A stretch of DNA of 63,758 nucleotides, counting the filler, from Licmophora abbreviata (lineage: Eukaryota), in assembly GCA_900291995.1 (NCBI GenBank). It is 13 parts of 13 records of this genome, joined end to end, with 100 filler letters (N's around TTAATTAATTAA, not from the genome) between each part and the next. Parts side by side here need not be neighbours in the genome. Positions count along the whole stretch, not along the records: positions 47,394 to 49,329 come from OLMU01000729.1; positions 49,430 to 61,493 come from OLMU01000730.1; 11 more parts are not named here. One strand, 5' to 3'. Of the stretch, positions 47,588 to 60,159 are shown one piece after another (the stretch's first letter is position 1; each line of letters begins with the position of its first letter). The notes beneath the pieces are model-generated. The model did not search any database. It was not told the origin of the DNA and saw only the letters and a program-made list of their open reading frames with translations. Made by a program: the position numbers and the translations under genes.

Positions 47588-49741
47588 CTAAGGGGCAAAG
47601 TTCTTGACTTCATCCCAATTGAATCCATAGGCATAGCGTTCTCCATCTTCCTCGTAGAAGACGGCCAGAAAGTCCATCCCAGCATCGTAGACGCCCGCTG
47701 GAAGACCACCCTGATTAGCTTGGCGAAGGCTCTTCATCTCCCGTGCAGCATACTTACGCATCTTGCGCATGCCACGGTTGCTAATCGGGCGCTTCTTTGG
47801 CTTGTTGGCAACCTTTTCCAGACGAGACGACGAGCCAAGGCGGCGCATCCTATTCCCGGCCTCCGGGCAATACGAGGCCTTGCAGGTGCCAAGCATACTG
47901 GGCGTAAACGTCTCAGCCTGGCTGTAGTCAACCTCGTATCCCAAGTCTGCCAATCCTCCGATGGTTATGTTTGAGAAGATGCTGTTCGACGATAAATACC
48001 CCGTCATCACCTCTTGTCCCAAGCACCTGTAATACCAGGTATCGATCCGCTACATGTTTAGTTTCGACCATACGAGTAGGCAGTATATTTCGCACTTGCT
48101 TGCGGCAAACGACTTACTGATCATCCCAATGACCTCCCGCAGTACCAGACCCACCATCCGTTTCCACTGGAAGTCGTCCTGAACAACCCATGATATTCCA
48201 GTTCGTCTGAGCCATGGTATTCTGCGCATAGAACTCGCCGCCGTTGTACAAACCAATCGAGTTCCACCAAGTGCCGATCCCAATCACTACAACAGGTCGA
48301 TCCAAGAGACGACGAGATAAGTACGAGTATCAACAAAGATGAACCACGTTGCAAGGACGACTTACCATGGCCGAGCTCATGCACAATTGTCGACGTCCAT
48401 TGTTCGTCGCGTCCCGTTGAGAGGAAGTAGTCAATATCGGCGGTATCGAAACGCATCTGACCAACAATGGTCATTGGCTTTCCATTTCGGGTGCGATAGA
48501 ACCTAGGTCCCGCCGAACCCAGGATACCGAACCGTCCGTCAATTGGCTCCGCCAAGCCACAGACCACCATGTCATCAAAGCTTGCCGGGACGGCCCCACA
48601 CCGGGTGGAACCAGAGAAACCGCTCTGATCGGGTTGGTCCCCAGTAATCACCAATTCCCATTTGTCCTTGGCTACATCAAAGGCATCCATCCATTCCTTC
48701 CTGCCACTGGAGCGTGTATCCACGAGGTCGAGACATAGGTTGAACTTGTTGTCGTAGGTGAAGCATGAAGGCTGTAACCCACTTGTGACTGAGCGCATTG
48801 ATAGAACAAGTACGTTAGACATCCGATAGATCGCGACTCGGAACAGATGCACACTGGTAGGAACATACCTCCAGTTGGAGCGGGAGCAGGAGTCGGAGGA
48901 GCGGGAACCAGCTTTCCTCCACCACAGGTACAGCAAGCCATATTGGCAGTGATCCCATTCCTTGCAAAGCCATCGCCATACTGGGCGCAACGATTGCCTT
49001 GCGAGTACCAGGCACAGTCGTACACCGAGCCTGTGATCGACGGGGACAAACAATGTAGCAAACCATCTTTTGAGTTTTGGAGAGAAGTCATGGTACGAAC
49101 AGTTTACAGTACAATAGACTCACCATCTCTGTCAAACCAGCCTTCAGGATCATCTACACAAATCAAGTCGGTACCGGTAGTTGGGACCGGCGCAGGAGTC
49201 GGAGCCGGGGTCGGCGAAGGCGTCGGAGCTGGCGTCGGCAAAGGAGTTGGAGCTGGAGTAGGCGCTGGCGTCGGCGAAGGAGTTGGAGCTGGGGTGGGGG
49301 CAGGAGTCATAGGGTCAGGCCCAGACACCNNNNNNNNNNNNNNNNNNNNNNNNNNNNNNNNNNNNNNNNNNNNTTAATTAATTAANNNNNNNNNNNNNNN
49401 NNNNNNNNNNNNNNNNNNNNNNNNNNNNNGTCGAGTCCGCCCCCGCAGACGCAGCACGCCATGTTTGCCGTGACGCCATTGCGGGGGAAGAAGTCTCCGA
49501 ACCAGTTACAGCGATTGTCCGGTGAACTCGCGAACCAAGCACAGTCGTAGAAGGAGTCTTGCGGGGAAAGGGAAAGGCGACATTGAATGAGGTCTTCTGT
49601 TCATAACACCACATGTTGCGACACTTTCCCTCCAACACACTTACTAATATTCATACGCCAACCAACCGGGTTGTCCACACAATCCGCCGTGGCCGTGGAG
49701 GCAAGGGATAGAAGTGCGACGGGGAGCAGGAGAAGTTTCAT
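47588..49741 (-). CDS. Secreted leishmanolysin/GP63-like (peptidase M8-type) metalloprotease with Cys-rich CCxCGGG modules and PTPA linkers; multi-exon, one gap
   Basis: Signal [70 protein letters not shown]. Confidence 0.8.
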
Positions 49742-50791
49742 GTTTGATTGGAAATTTCGAAAATCTTACACAAGGATTTAACTTGTGAGTGATGCGCACC
49801 TCAGCCGCTTCACCAAAATTGTGAGTTTGTGAGTATGTCAATGGAGTATCAATGGACATTATCGCCAGCGGTCTAAGCGTATCATACTGACTAGAGAATC
49901 AAACGTAGAAATTCGGGAATCCAATGGTTATCGGATGGCGCAACTCCGTATGGAGTGTCGACCGGCTACTCCGACGTTGTCACTCCGAGGACATGCCATC
50001 AACTCAATCGTCTATCAATGTTGACGATGATCTCATTTCGAAATCATCAAGATTTTTGGCGTGGAGTTGACCGTTCCATAGTTTTCAATGACAACTCCTC
50101 ATGACACCATGCGGCACATCTTCAACCATCTGGTGGACGTCTACTCCGCCGACAAACAGCAAGAACATTGCGAGGCCCGACGAGCTGTACAAACACACGC
50201 AGAACTCGACCTTCCTCAGGGCCTGTACCCAAAACCAACACTTCGAATGCGTCCTTCCGTGATCAGATCTCCGATTTTATACGCCGATTCTACATTCGAA
50301 CGGGCCTGACCTCACTCATTGTTGATTTGGCAATAAGGCAGAAAAAGACAGCGTGTTTGACATGTTTACCTGATGGTATGTACCTCGCGCGAGAACGTGG
50401 AGCCATCTTGCATCTTGCGTTTGGTTTGATGAGAGGAGCGGGCGGCGAACAGACTGACGGTTGCGGTTCGGAGTCAAATGAGTCGAATGAATCAATCGAG
50501 TCGAATGAATCCTTCAAGCTGGATAGCGCTAACCTCGGAACTTGCTCAAACTCTCTCGCGATCAACACAAACTCATTCAGGATTCAGGCCTTATCAGCAT
50601 CAGTGCCTGCACAATGAAACAGAAGCCTTGCCGGGAGCCCTCTACTAGAGCCCTCTACTACAGCAGTTTGTTGAGAAAGCACAAGGAGCTACCACGCGCC
50701 GAAGCCCTCTTCATGCTTGGTCGGAATTTGGTGGTGGTGAAAAGCTCTTCTTGAAACCAACCACATCCAACGATTGGTATAGCAGAACATC

Positions 50792-51553
50792 ATGGAAACC
50801 AAGGAAACCCCTTGGATTGATGCCTGGATACGATGGGAACGAGACTCCAAAGAACGATATGACTGTGAAGAGGAAGAGGAAGAAGAGCCGCCTGAACCAA
50901 CCAACACGTTTGAGTACTCGTACCGTCATGCTGCAGGCGACATCCGAATCGAACTTCGAGGCTTCCCCGACGACTCGGAGGCAATCTGGAACTCGACAGG
51001 TTTGACGGTCTGGAAATCATCAGACCTACTCTGTGACTATCTATCCAACCACGCCGAATTACTGAACAATAAGCGGCTTCTCGAGCTTGGATCGGGCCTT
51101 GGGCGATGTGGGATTCTGGCACACAAACTTTCGACGAGTCGGATGTTCTTGACGGATGGCGACACGGATACCCTGCAAGTGCTCCGAAGCAATGTTCAGC
51201 TCAACGACTGCGACACAGACCGATTTTCATGTCATCAACTCCTGTGGGGCCGAGACCATGCCGTGGAATTTGTGAATCGCAACGACACGTTTGACATTTT
51301 ATTTGGTTCTGATCTGGTCTCTGTCCCCACTGTGATCGAGCCACTTTTGAAAACAGTTGCCACCTTGATGAAAGACGACGGCCTCTTTCTCATGACGCAC
51401 TGCAGTCGGCGTGAGGGTAGCTCCGTAACTCTACACATGGTCCTTACGGCTGCGACCGCGTCTGCATTGGAGTATGAAGTTATCGAGGAACATGACGATC
51501 TGTCCTTAATATTGTTTAGGTTTAAGGCTGATGTCAAAGAGGCAGATGAGTAA
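50792..51553 (+). CDS. METTL21/Methyltransf_16-family protein lysine methyltransferase
   Basis: TGLTVWKSS..LCDYL, LLELGSGLG, LTDGD, LLWG, DILFGSDLV. Confidence 0.88.
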   Translation: METKETPWIDAWIRWERDSKERYDCEEEEEEEPPEPTNTFEYSYRHAAGDIRIELRGFPDDSEAIWNSTGLTVWKSSDLLCDYLSNHAELLNNKRLLELGSGLGRCGILAHKLSTSRMFLTDGDTDTLQVLRSNVQLNDCDTDRFSCHQLLWGRDHAVEFVNRNDTFDILFGSDLVSVPTVIEPLLKTVATLMKDDGLFLMTHCSRREGSSVTLHMVLTAATASALEYEVIEEHDDLSLILFRFKADVKEADE

Positions 51554-51752
51554 AACACACTCATTAGAAGCATGTTTACGGCCAATGCATGGAAACCTAT
51601 CGTTCTTAATCTCAGTGCGGTCCATCGGCTGTGTGGTCTGCAAGAACAAGCAAGTAGAGGCAATCTTAACCTTATCATACGAAATGGAAGTCGTCCGCGG
51701 TGCCATCGTCCCCGCTCTCACTTTTTTGTTCAACTCGACCCAATCGGCGACC

Positions 51753-52421
51753 ATGACGCTCTTACGCCGTTGCGATATCTGTCTTCTTTGCCTTCTCGCA
51801 GCTCTCTGCATTATCCAGAGGACGCTTTCAAGGCCCTCCTCTTCTTCTCACGGCTATGTTCTACGCAACGAAGCGCTAGTCTACAAAGGATGGCGGACCG
51901 TTATGCAGAGGACGGTCGATTTCAGTGGGCGCACAATCACATTCGACGTGGTTGGAAACGCGAACGCGCAGAGTGCCGTGTTGATTCTAGCATGGAACAC
52001 AACGTCAAAAACATGTACAATACTGCGGGAGTACAACCCAGGCTGCCATCAAGTACTGTATGGACTGGCGGCAGGCCTGGTGGAGGACGACAAGCATGGG
52101 GGCAATCAGACGTTAGCCGCACAGCACGAGCTGGAAGAAGAATGTCATCTAGGAGGTGGCACGTGGTATTTACTGACTCCACAACAGCCATTGGCGATGG
52201 ATAAGTACGCGTCAACGACTGCACACTGCTATTTAGCGCTAGATCCGGTACATGTGGAGAATCCGCGTCCGCTCGACGATGAGGAAGACATTGAAATTGT
52301 ATCCGGTGTGACACCGAACGAACTGATGGATATGATTGCACGGGGCGAATTTAATGTCGTGGGGGCTTGGGCTGCTCTGATGGGGCTACACAAGTTGCGT
52401 GAGTTGAGAGAAATAGACTGA
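51753..52421 (+). CDS. Nudix hydrolase (ADP-ribose pyrophosphatase-like) with N-terminal hydrophobic segment
   Basis: LREY..GLAAGLVE..AAQHELEEEC Nudix box; LDDEEDIEIV. Confidence 0.85.
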   Translation: MTLLRRCDICLLCLLAALCIIQRTLSRPSSSSHGYVLRNEALVYKGWRTVMQRTVDFSGRTITFDVVGNANAQSAVLILAWNTTSKTCTILREYNPGCHQVLYGLAAGLVEDDKHGGNQTLAAQHELEEECHLGGGTWYLLTPQQPLAMDKYASTTAHCYLALDPVHVENPRPLDDEEDIEIVSGVTPNELMDMIARGEFNVVGAWAALMGLHKLRELREID

Positions 52422-52428
52422 TAGATTG

Positions 52429-54554
52429 TCATTGCTCCTCTATACCCGGTGCCACCTCCTCCAAGACATCATACAACGCTTCGTGGAGTCGTTCCGGGTT
52501 TGCCGTACCTCGGCTCTGTGCCATGGCCTTGCCAACAAAGAACTTTTTCATTTTGCGTACATATTTCCCCCCCTCTTTGTACTGGGATAATTGTGAATCA
52601 TGTTCGGGTGCGACAACGATGTTCCTGCACAGTTCTCGTAGTACGTTCGGGTCAGACACCATTTTCCAGTTTCGTTCCTCGGCAACGGCACGTGGATCCT
52701 TTCCATGCTCACTCTGATAAAGCACTCCCAGAATCTTCTTGCCCATGGTTGTCGATATGAATTCCTCCACCATCAGGGCCACCAGTTCTCCAAGCTGACT
52801 GGCACTCACGCGCGAGTATTGTACTGAGATGGGATAGCTCAAAGCCGACTCTTCGCTGTCGACCAATCCTCCGCCCCCACTGTCACCCGGGACGCCCTCC
52901 TTGACAAGCGCAAACAAGTCGTTACACAGCCAGTTTGCCACCGTAGTATAAAGCTGCTTTGGTTTGATTGGTGCCTTCGTGCGCTCCAGAGCGTTTCGTG
53001 CCGCCTGTACGGTTTCTTCATAGAAGGTAATCGCGGGAGGATCGCCGGTAATGACCAATGCCACATCCTCCGTCAATTCATACTGTTCCATCAACCGCTT
53101 TGTTGCCTGCTCAGGCAGTTCAGGGAGATTCGTATCTACAAATTCTTGCAAAGTTAGGCCATCGAAAGCCTAAACAGTCGGACACCAACACCATCGTCAG
53201 TTGGCACCGCCTGATGATGCAGTCAGAAGGGACGAACACAACTTCTCCTACGCACCTCCGTGTCCAGTACAATTGGCGGAAGATCCGGCTCGGGCATAAA
53301 GCGATAGTCCACAGCACCTCCCTTGGTGCGAGTGGAAACAGTGTGACCCCGTTGGACATCAAAAGTTCGCGTTTCTTGCGCCGTTGGTGTTCCATTCTCA
53401 TATGCTTGAGCCTGACGTTTCGCTTCATACTCGGCCGCAGCGACGACTGTCATCGAAGATAGGGGAGGGATGAGGTCAGAACAGGGGATAGAGAGACACT
53501 CTTTATAAGCACAAACGCAGTACAAGCATACAGACCTTGTCGCATGGAATTGAGATTCTTCACTTCGACCCGATGCCCCGTTCCTGGAGGCAGCATGTCG
53601 CGAAATGGATTGTCCACATCGATCTCCTTTCCACCGCTCTTCTCGTTCAGTGGCGCAATCGAGATATTCAAGTCACATCGCAAGGACCCTTCTTCCATTT
53701 TACCGTCACACGTGCCAATCATGCGCATCATGTCTCGCAGTGTCGCCACAGCAGCCGCAGCGTCGTGTGCCGATCGAAGATTGGGACCAAACACGATTTC
53801 CACCAAGGCACAACCTGCGCGATTGAAATCCACCAATGATTCCGTCACAAGGTGTCCGCTCTGCAAAGAGCGGAGAAGATGGAAAGTAAGTTCCTACGAA
53901 GTGACGTGTTGTCCATTTCGACGGTCCTTTTTTGCCTACCTCTTGTTTGACGACTGTCGTAGTCTTGCCGGTATCCTGCTCCAACTGAATTCTATCAATC
54001 GCCACGGTAAAGAATGAATCTTCTCCCCCACTTTGCTTCTTTCTATCTTTTGGGTCTACCTTACGACGACATGTCAACACTCCCTCCCTTGCCAACGGCC
54101 ATCGTTGCTGCGTCACCTGATATCCCAGAGGCAAGTCAGCGTAGGCGTAATGCTTTCGTTCGAATCGAGAACTCCAAGGAATAATGCATTGACAGGCAGC
54201 TGCGGTCAGTACCGCGGCATGTACAGCTTCTTGTGACAGCCGTGGTAAGACTCCCGGGACTGCCCCGTCCAAGGGCCAGACGTGCGTATTGGGCAGTGCT
54301 CCTGCGTCCTTACTGGCAGAAGGGGCCGATGAAAAGAGCTTGGTAGGAATGTCAAGCTGGGCGTGAATTTCCAAGCCAATGACGGTCTGAAAGAGAGGTT
54401 GTCTCTTGCAAGATACGACTCCAGTATCAAGATTGACAGACCAGTCGGTATGGCGAGTTTTGGAGAAGGAGAAACACCGGGCGCAAGTCATAGTCTGCAC
54501 AGGACATGAGGATGGCCGGGCTAGTACCTGAAACCGGTGCATGCGCCTCCACAT
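52429..54554 (-). CDS. gatB: Glu-tRNA(Gln)/Asp-tRNA(Asn) amidotransferase subunit B, organellar; multi-exon
   Basis: IGLEIHAQL, FERKHYAYADLPLGYQVTQ, RIQLEQDTGK, VDFNRAG, GSLRCDLNIS, VEVKNLNS, DYRFMPEPDLPP. Confidence 0.95.
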
Positions 54555-54947
54555 GATTCGATTTCTTTTGAAACAAAGTCAATCAGATCAGAAACTTCTC
54601 ATGTTCTCCCCCGTCCCACTAGGGCTCTCCAAGGAAATAAATCAAACATGGGATACGTCTACAAAGATGACTAACGAACGGCGGTTGCGCCATGGTTGTC
54701 CCATCACAGCTCCTGGTGTCGGTTGCTAATTTTACACGCCGGGGTGAGAGGCCTGCAGGCCAGACGGTGATGTGAATTGAAACTCGCGCGACGATGTGCG
54801 CGAGGTCACAGTTTGTTGAGAGACGCGTGCGTGTTTTGTTTCGCGGGTGTCAGAAGAAAAAATAAATGGGCTTGAAATGAAGATCGCGACTGTTATCTCA
54901 CTCTTTGCTGCCGTCAGTTTGCCTTCTCATCGACCTACGATTGTGCT

Positions 54948-55373
54948 ATGACCATGATGAGCCGCACACTTCTTCTGTCTCTTCTGGCAGCCCTCTTCCT
55001 TGGGTCCACCCAAGCCTTTGTCGTGACTCCTGCTCGAGCTGCGACGACACGAGTCTCTTCGGCATCAGTCCTACTGCACGCCAAGAAGACCCCAACGACA
55101 AGCAACAAGAATAGGTTGGCTCATATCGCCACGACCGTCGCTGTTGTCATCTCCACGTCCCCTCTCATTGCCTTGGCGGAAGATGATTACGAATACGGAG
55201 CTGTGGATGCACCTATTGGTCTCGCTTGGGGAGCAGGCGTACTGGCTATCTTGACTGCCCTCCTGCCGGTGGCCTTGAAGGGAGGAGAGGAGGCATTTGA
55301 GGATATGAAGGAGCGCGACAAAGATACATTTGGATCAAAGAATTCGGACGTTTTGAAGAGCAGGAAAAAGTAA
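54948..55373 (+). CDS. Small plastid/thylakoid single-TM protein of unknown identity
   Basis: TQA|FV plastid presequence, second hydrophobic signal ending ALA|E, then YEYGAVDAP + TM + basic tail. Confidence 0.75.
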   Translation: MTMMSRTLLLSLLAALFLGSTQAFVVTPARAATTRVSSASVLLHAKKTPTTSNKNRLAHIATTVAVVISTSPLIALAEDDYEYGAVDAPIGLAWGAGVLAILTALLPVALKGGEEAFEDMKERDKDTFGSKNSDVLKSRKK

Positions 55374-55562
55374 AGAGGAAGGGCAGAGGAAGTCTAGTAG
55401 TGCCGTAAGGATAGGAAAGGCTGGGCGGACAGCTTGATGGGACGAGAAAGAGCGCAAAGTGGGCCACTGCTATGATACCGTCGAGGACAGTGTAGCTAGA
55501 CGTACTACTTTGAGAACAGAATCGATCGTTGAAGATACATGCCCTTCAGTTTTCATTTGAGA

Positions 55563-57145
55563 TCAAGTAGCCCTGCGATATACCAGGCCCGCCGCCGCGG
55601 CGACCACGAGGACGAGCATCGATGTAGCAACATTCTGAATCGATCCTGTCTCCTCTGTGACCATTCCTGTCTTCTTTTCAAAGTATTCTTGCATCATTTC
55701 ATTGTTCACGCGGCGCACATGCTTCATGTATCCGAGCTTTTGCATCTCGTTGTACACCACGGATAGCTTCATGCCCTTCGGGACTTCCATCATTGGCTCC
55801 GGCGTGACCATCCAAGGAGGAAAGACTTTGTTCAACACGCGCCGAATGCTCTGCCGCGCAATAATCATCATTTGCATCCAGGAAGATATGCAGAATGTGT
55901 GAAAGCTCAGATCTGTCAAGGCATTGCCCTCCTTGACGCGCTCACGAGAAAACGCGGGCAAGACTTGATCAATGTCGTCGTTGTATTGGTCCAGCAAGTC
56001 GTTCAAGGCAGCAGCGTCGGCCAACGCCGTGTTCATGCCCTGACCAATTTGAGGTGATGTGGCGTGGGCAGCTAGGATGGTTGTGAGAGACATACGTGTG
56101 AGAGTATCAATGAATCCATCACAGCATCAGGCCGGCCTCAAACGCAGCAGAACGATGACGTACCATCTCCCAGAATCAGAGCCGACAACGTTTCGCTATG
56201 ATAAAAGTTGCAATGCACCTGTCCGGTCGAGCTCCATGATTGCGACACCCATTGCTTTCCCATCTCATCAAAGTCCATGGAAAATAACTTAAAGTGGTTG
56301 CGAAAGTACTCACTGACGACCCTTGGGTCTTCCGAATGCAACTCCTCATCACATGGACTATTCAAAAAGTGGCCGCATGCAAAATTGAGCTGCCCACCCC
56401 TCTCCGGAAGACAGAAGGCTGTAAGGCTGGGGAGACATTCCACCAACAGCATGAAACAGCCCTCGCTCACGTCGTCTGGAAGAGGAATATGGACCGACTT
56501 GCCGACGACGAACGTCCCGTTCAAGTCAAACTCAAAGTCGCGATGTGAAGTCACGAATGCATTCCTTACAATGCTTCGAATGCCATCGCAGCCAAGCAAG
56601 AGATCGTAAGGCAAGGGTCTCATTTCGCTCTGCTTGTCGACATTCCTTAGCATGACAGTTTTGTTGTCACCATCGACAAACAAGGCCATAGTATTGTAGT
56701 ACGTGGTGAGTACTTTGTCACGCCCATTCCTCTCTTCGCCAAAGGTTTCATTCAAGTATCGCGCCAGCGCTGCACAGATGTAGTTTCGATCGACAGTGAA
56801 CCCTCCAAAGTCCTCCACATCGGGACTAAATTTCATCCTGCTCCCTACAGATATGGTAGCCGCCGTAATGTTGATTCCCAGCTTCTCGACATACTCTTCA
56901 TAGAGACTCGGCACTTGCTTGATCGCGCTCAGTCCATGTGCACTCAGTCCAATCATCCAGCTACGAAATCGCTTCAGTTCGGGTTCCGAAAGTTGCCCAT
57001 AGTCCACACCCGGATCGACCAGACTCACCAAATACTTCGTATTGCTCTGAGTAGCATTGCGGCGAAGCAGAAATATGGCAGCGAGCAGACCGGCCGGACC
57101 GGCACCGACAATGACGACGCGTTTGGTGGTCACGGAAGGAGACAT
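55563..57145 (-). CDS. FAD-dependent monooxygenase (kynurenine 3-monooxygenase-like; exons 57145-56164, 56071-55563)
   Basis: VIVGAGPAG, LLGCDGIRS, LILGD|AAHATSPQIGQGMN, C-terminal TM. Confidence 0.85.
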
Positions 57146-57462
57146 GGAAGTGGCGCCGTCTCTCTATACCAGCGAGTAGCTACTGATATCTCTAGAGTGG
57201 CAGAGCATATGTTGTACGTACGAGTAAGGAGAGGAACCTTTCAGAGATCTTCGAATGAATCAATCATGTTACACTAATCGGTCCCGATCGTTAAGTAAAT
57301 GACCAATAAAAATTTGAAGGCGACAGACAGCAGACAGCATGGCGCACTTTCTGTGCGAGCGAGATTCGATTCATTCGATTGCAACGCCTGACCTTGAATA
57401 CCGGTACTATACACCGCAGACGACAGAAAAGAGGCACTTAGCCTACCTTCTACCTTGGCCTC

Positions 57463-58521
57463 ATGAATGGTCTTGATGAGCATGATATAGTGATGACTGG
57501 CAGCAGTGGAACTCCTGGTGATTCAACAGATGGAAGCACAGCTTCCATGGCAGCGGCTCCTGCACCATCGCTTACCAGCACACAGCTCGAGAGCAACAAG
57601 AAAGTCAAACACCTTGTCGCTCTGATTGCCGGAACACTGTGGTGGTATCTCCTTGCCACTGTTAGTGCTCTGATCAATCCTGTCGACCTCTTTGGCTGGC
57701 CACGGGGCGTGGTCGACGCTTGCGCAGTCTATCTCACCATCAGCCAGCTCACTGTATACGTGCTAGTATGGAATCTCATGAACGCGAGAACCCTGCGGCG
57801 TGGTCAGGTGCTCATTTTCGGGTGTATATCGTGCTGTGTACCGGCCGACATTGTTCTGGTTGTCTTGAACCCGATAGGCTCAAAGATCGGTACCGTGTAC
57901 GCCTTTAGCATCGTAACAGTGTTTTATGGGCTGTGCCTTGCGCATTATCTGCGACTGACTGCCATCCGAGAAGACGAGGACAACGAAAAGCAGCTGCGAG
58001 ATGCGACCGAAGACGCTGTTGATATAGAAATTCCAAAGGAAGAATTGCGTCCGAAAGGACCGATTGGAGAGCTCATACACTATCGACCTCCCATGAACCT
58101 TCAGTCGTTTCATATGGCGATTGCCTTTACTCGTTCGTTTGTCAGTTTTACGCTCGCTGTTGTGGGCTTACGGGAGGCCTTTACAGACGATAGAACAACT
58201 ACAGTTCTGTTTCTCCTGGCTTGTTCGCTCGTTGCAAGCCATAACGCTGTCGAAGTGACTCTCACCAACATTTTCCCCGGAGTAGCCCTTCGGAAGTATA
58301 CCAGCTTTTTGATCTTTGACGCCGTCTTTTATTTTCTGGACATGATCTCGTCGCTCGTGATTGCACGTGCGGATGGCTTTGGTGATACGGTGTGGGACGA
58401 TGTCTTGAATTCGTATCTTTTTGGAAATGCAACGGCAGAATTTTTTGATCGCCTTCGTTTGCTGTTTGCCAATTATGATTTCGATGCCAAGTTGGGTCTA
58501 AAGAAACAGGCTGCGGACTGA
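57463..58521 (+). CDS. Multi-pass membrane protein of unknown function
   Basis: 352 aa ORF with ~8 hydrophobic helices in two groups split by an acidic loop. Confidence 0.65.
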   Translation: MNGLDEHDIVMTGSSGTPGDSTDGSTASMAAAPAPSLTSTQLESNKKVKHLVALIAGTLWWYLLATVSALINPVDLFGWPRGVVDACAVYLTISQLTVYVLVWNLMNARTLRRGQVLIFGCISCCVPADIVLVVLNPIGSKIGTVYAFSIVTVFYGLCLAHYLRLTAIREDEDNEKQLRDATEDAVDIEIPKEELRPKGPIGELIHYRPPMNLQSFHMAIAFTRSFVSFTLAVVGLREAFTDDRTTTVLFLLACSLVASHNAVEVTLTNIFPGVALRKYTSFLIFDAVFYFLDMISSLVIARADGFGDTVWDDVLNSYLFGNATAEFFDRLRLLFANYDFDAKLGLKKQAAD

Positions 58522-58877
58522 TGACTCACTCTGGCAGAGGAAAAGGCTAAAAGTGTTCAAGAACGTTTGACGCACAGAGAATACCTTTTCAAAACAAAAA
58601 GACTCGCCAAGGACAGCATTTCCGTGAAACATTCCTCCTGCTTGGATGGCCAACAAGCTGGGCGGTGTACCACGTCGTACGTACACTACGGCATGGCGAA
58701 AGCGATGCATTGAGAAACAGCTCACAGGTCGCCATACCGACCTGCAACGTGTTGAAGTCCACGGCTGTCATCAGGCACACAGCCAGACAATGCAAGCGGG
58801 CAAATCCCGGAAGCTATGTCACTATAAGCTAGCTGACGCAGAATGACTACTAGAGTGCGCAAAGGGTCGCGGTTAAT

Positions 58878-59876
58878 CTACTCATTCTTGGGTTTCGCCA
58901 CATCGTCCAATGAATTCACAGATTCCAGTTCGAGCTCCACCATGGAAAGAGCACAGGCTGAGCCAGGTCCAAAGAATGGAGTCAAGAACAGAACCTCCAC
59001 GGCACCGGTTCCCTTTCGGAACACGATATATATCAGAGCTCCCAGCCACAACGCAGTGGCATCAATCGCCATGAACTTCACGCTCGCGTTGGCGTCCGTC
59101 CAAAGGTCTTTCCAGAGAGCCTCCACATTGAATTCGAAAAAGTTGTAGGTCACATAAAGAAGATATACCCATCCAATAAAGGCCAGCATCCCCGAAATCG
59201 CATACGCCAAGGTGGCTACTACCGCACCCGTCCGTGCGGCTTGTTTATCACCTGGTACACCCACACCCCACACCAAGACCGGCGCAAGCGCCAAAGCAGG
59301 CCCTCCTAAGATCCCGACACATACCGTCCAAGCGTAGGTATCCACGTCCAAGGTAAAGGTGAGAATCGACAAGATCAACCCCGGAAGAAGCAAGAGAACC
59401 GACATGTACGCCCTTGTACTCGAGACACCGCCCGTGCCATGTCCCAGACAATACGACGGCACCCAGAGTGCCGGAAAGATGACAGAAATGCCCAGCACTT
59501 GATAGAGCAGCCCTATAACGATAGGGTACCGTACCAGTCCCCACGCCCCCACACGGCCCGCCTCGATTGTCATGAGCACCACCACAGGCTGAGCGGCCAC
59601 GAGCGTCGCACCCCACACCAAGAGTCCCTGCGGACTCGTCTCCACTAGTTCATGCAGAAACTGCGTGATGAGACACACGAAGGGTTCTAACAACTTGAAT
59701 CCTAGCTTTCCTTCAAACGGAACCAGTAATGCGTCATTGGCCTCGTTCTCGGGATCCATGCAGGCCTCCACAAGTGGAGGAAAGGTATCTTTCGTCACCT
59801 CTTGGGTCTTGAAGAAGGTCCATGCTCCCAAAGCGAAAGAAAGGGCCGCGAAAGAGAGTTCTCTCGTTGATGGCAT
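58878..59876 (-). CDS. Multi-pass membrane protein, possibly CtvD/AurD-like
   Basis: ~8 TM helices; pattern LMTIEAGR...YPIVIGLLYQVLGISVIFP. Confidence 0.6.
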   Translation of the reverse strand: MPSTRELSFAALSFALGAWTFFKTQEVTKDTFPPLVEACMDPENEANDALLVPFEGKLGFKLLEPFVCLITQFLHELVETSPQGLLVWGATLVAAQPVVVLMTIEAGRVGAWGLVRYPIVIGLLYQVLGISVIFPALWVPSYCLGHGTGGVSSTRAYMSVLLLLPGLILSILTFTLDVDTYAWTVCVGILGGPALALAPVLVWGVGVPGDKQAARTGAVVATLAYAISGMLAFIGWVYLLYVTYNFFEFNVEALWKDLWTDANASVKFMAIDATALWLGALIYIVFRKGTGAVEVLFLTPFFGPGSACALSMVELELESVNSLDDVAKPKNE

Positions 59877-60159
59877 GGTGACTGATAGGAACGGACCTGT
59901 CGACAGACTATGGAGCAGCGAGCACGGCAACGAGAGACGACGGCGACACTACTCGACACTTGGCATCTATCATCTTGTGAGGACGACGCCGGTGCCGCCG
60001 CGAGATTTCATGAGATTGAAGAGAGTTGACGCTCGAATTCATCAGAGCTCGCACCTCGTGTTTTAGTCGAAGCATTCGAGCGCGCATCTCATCGCGCGAC
60101 AAGAGAGACGTTGCGCCCAACACCTCACACAAGAAAATGACCGACGCCGTACCCCGACC

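Noticed and set aside
50027..50072. ATGA..AAA..GA SECIS-like pattern
   Set aside because: Helix II does not pair well and no same-strand upstream gene has a candidate Sec codon
50088..50617. Short ORFs with an (SNE)n repeat
   Set aside because: No recognisable domain or convincing gene structure
21148..51553. P4H and lysine methyltransferase as a silaffin-modification cluster with the surface proteins
   Set aside because: Separated by many housekeeping genes, and both families are common in diatoms
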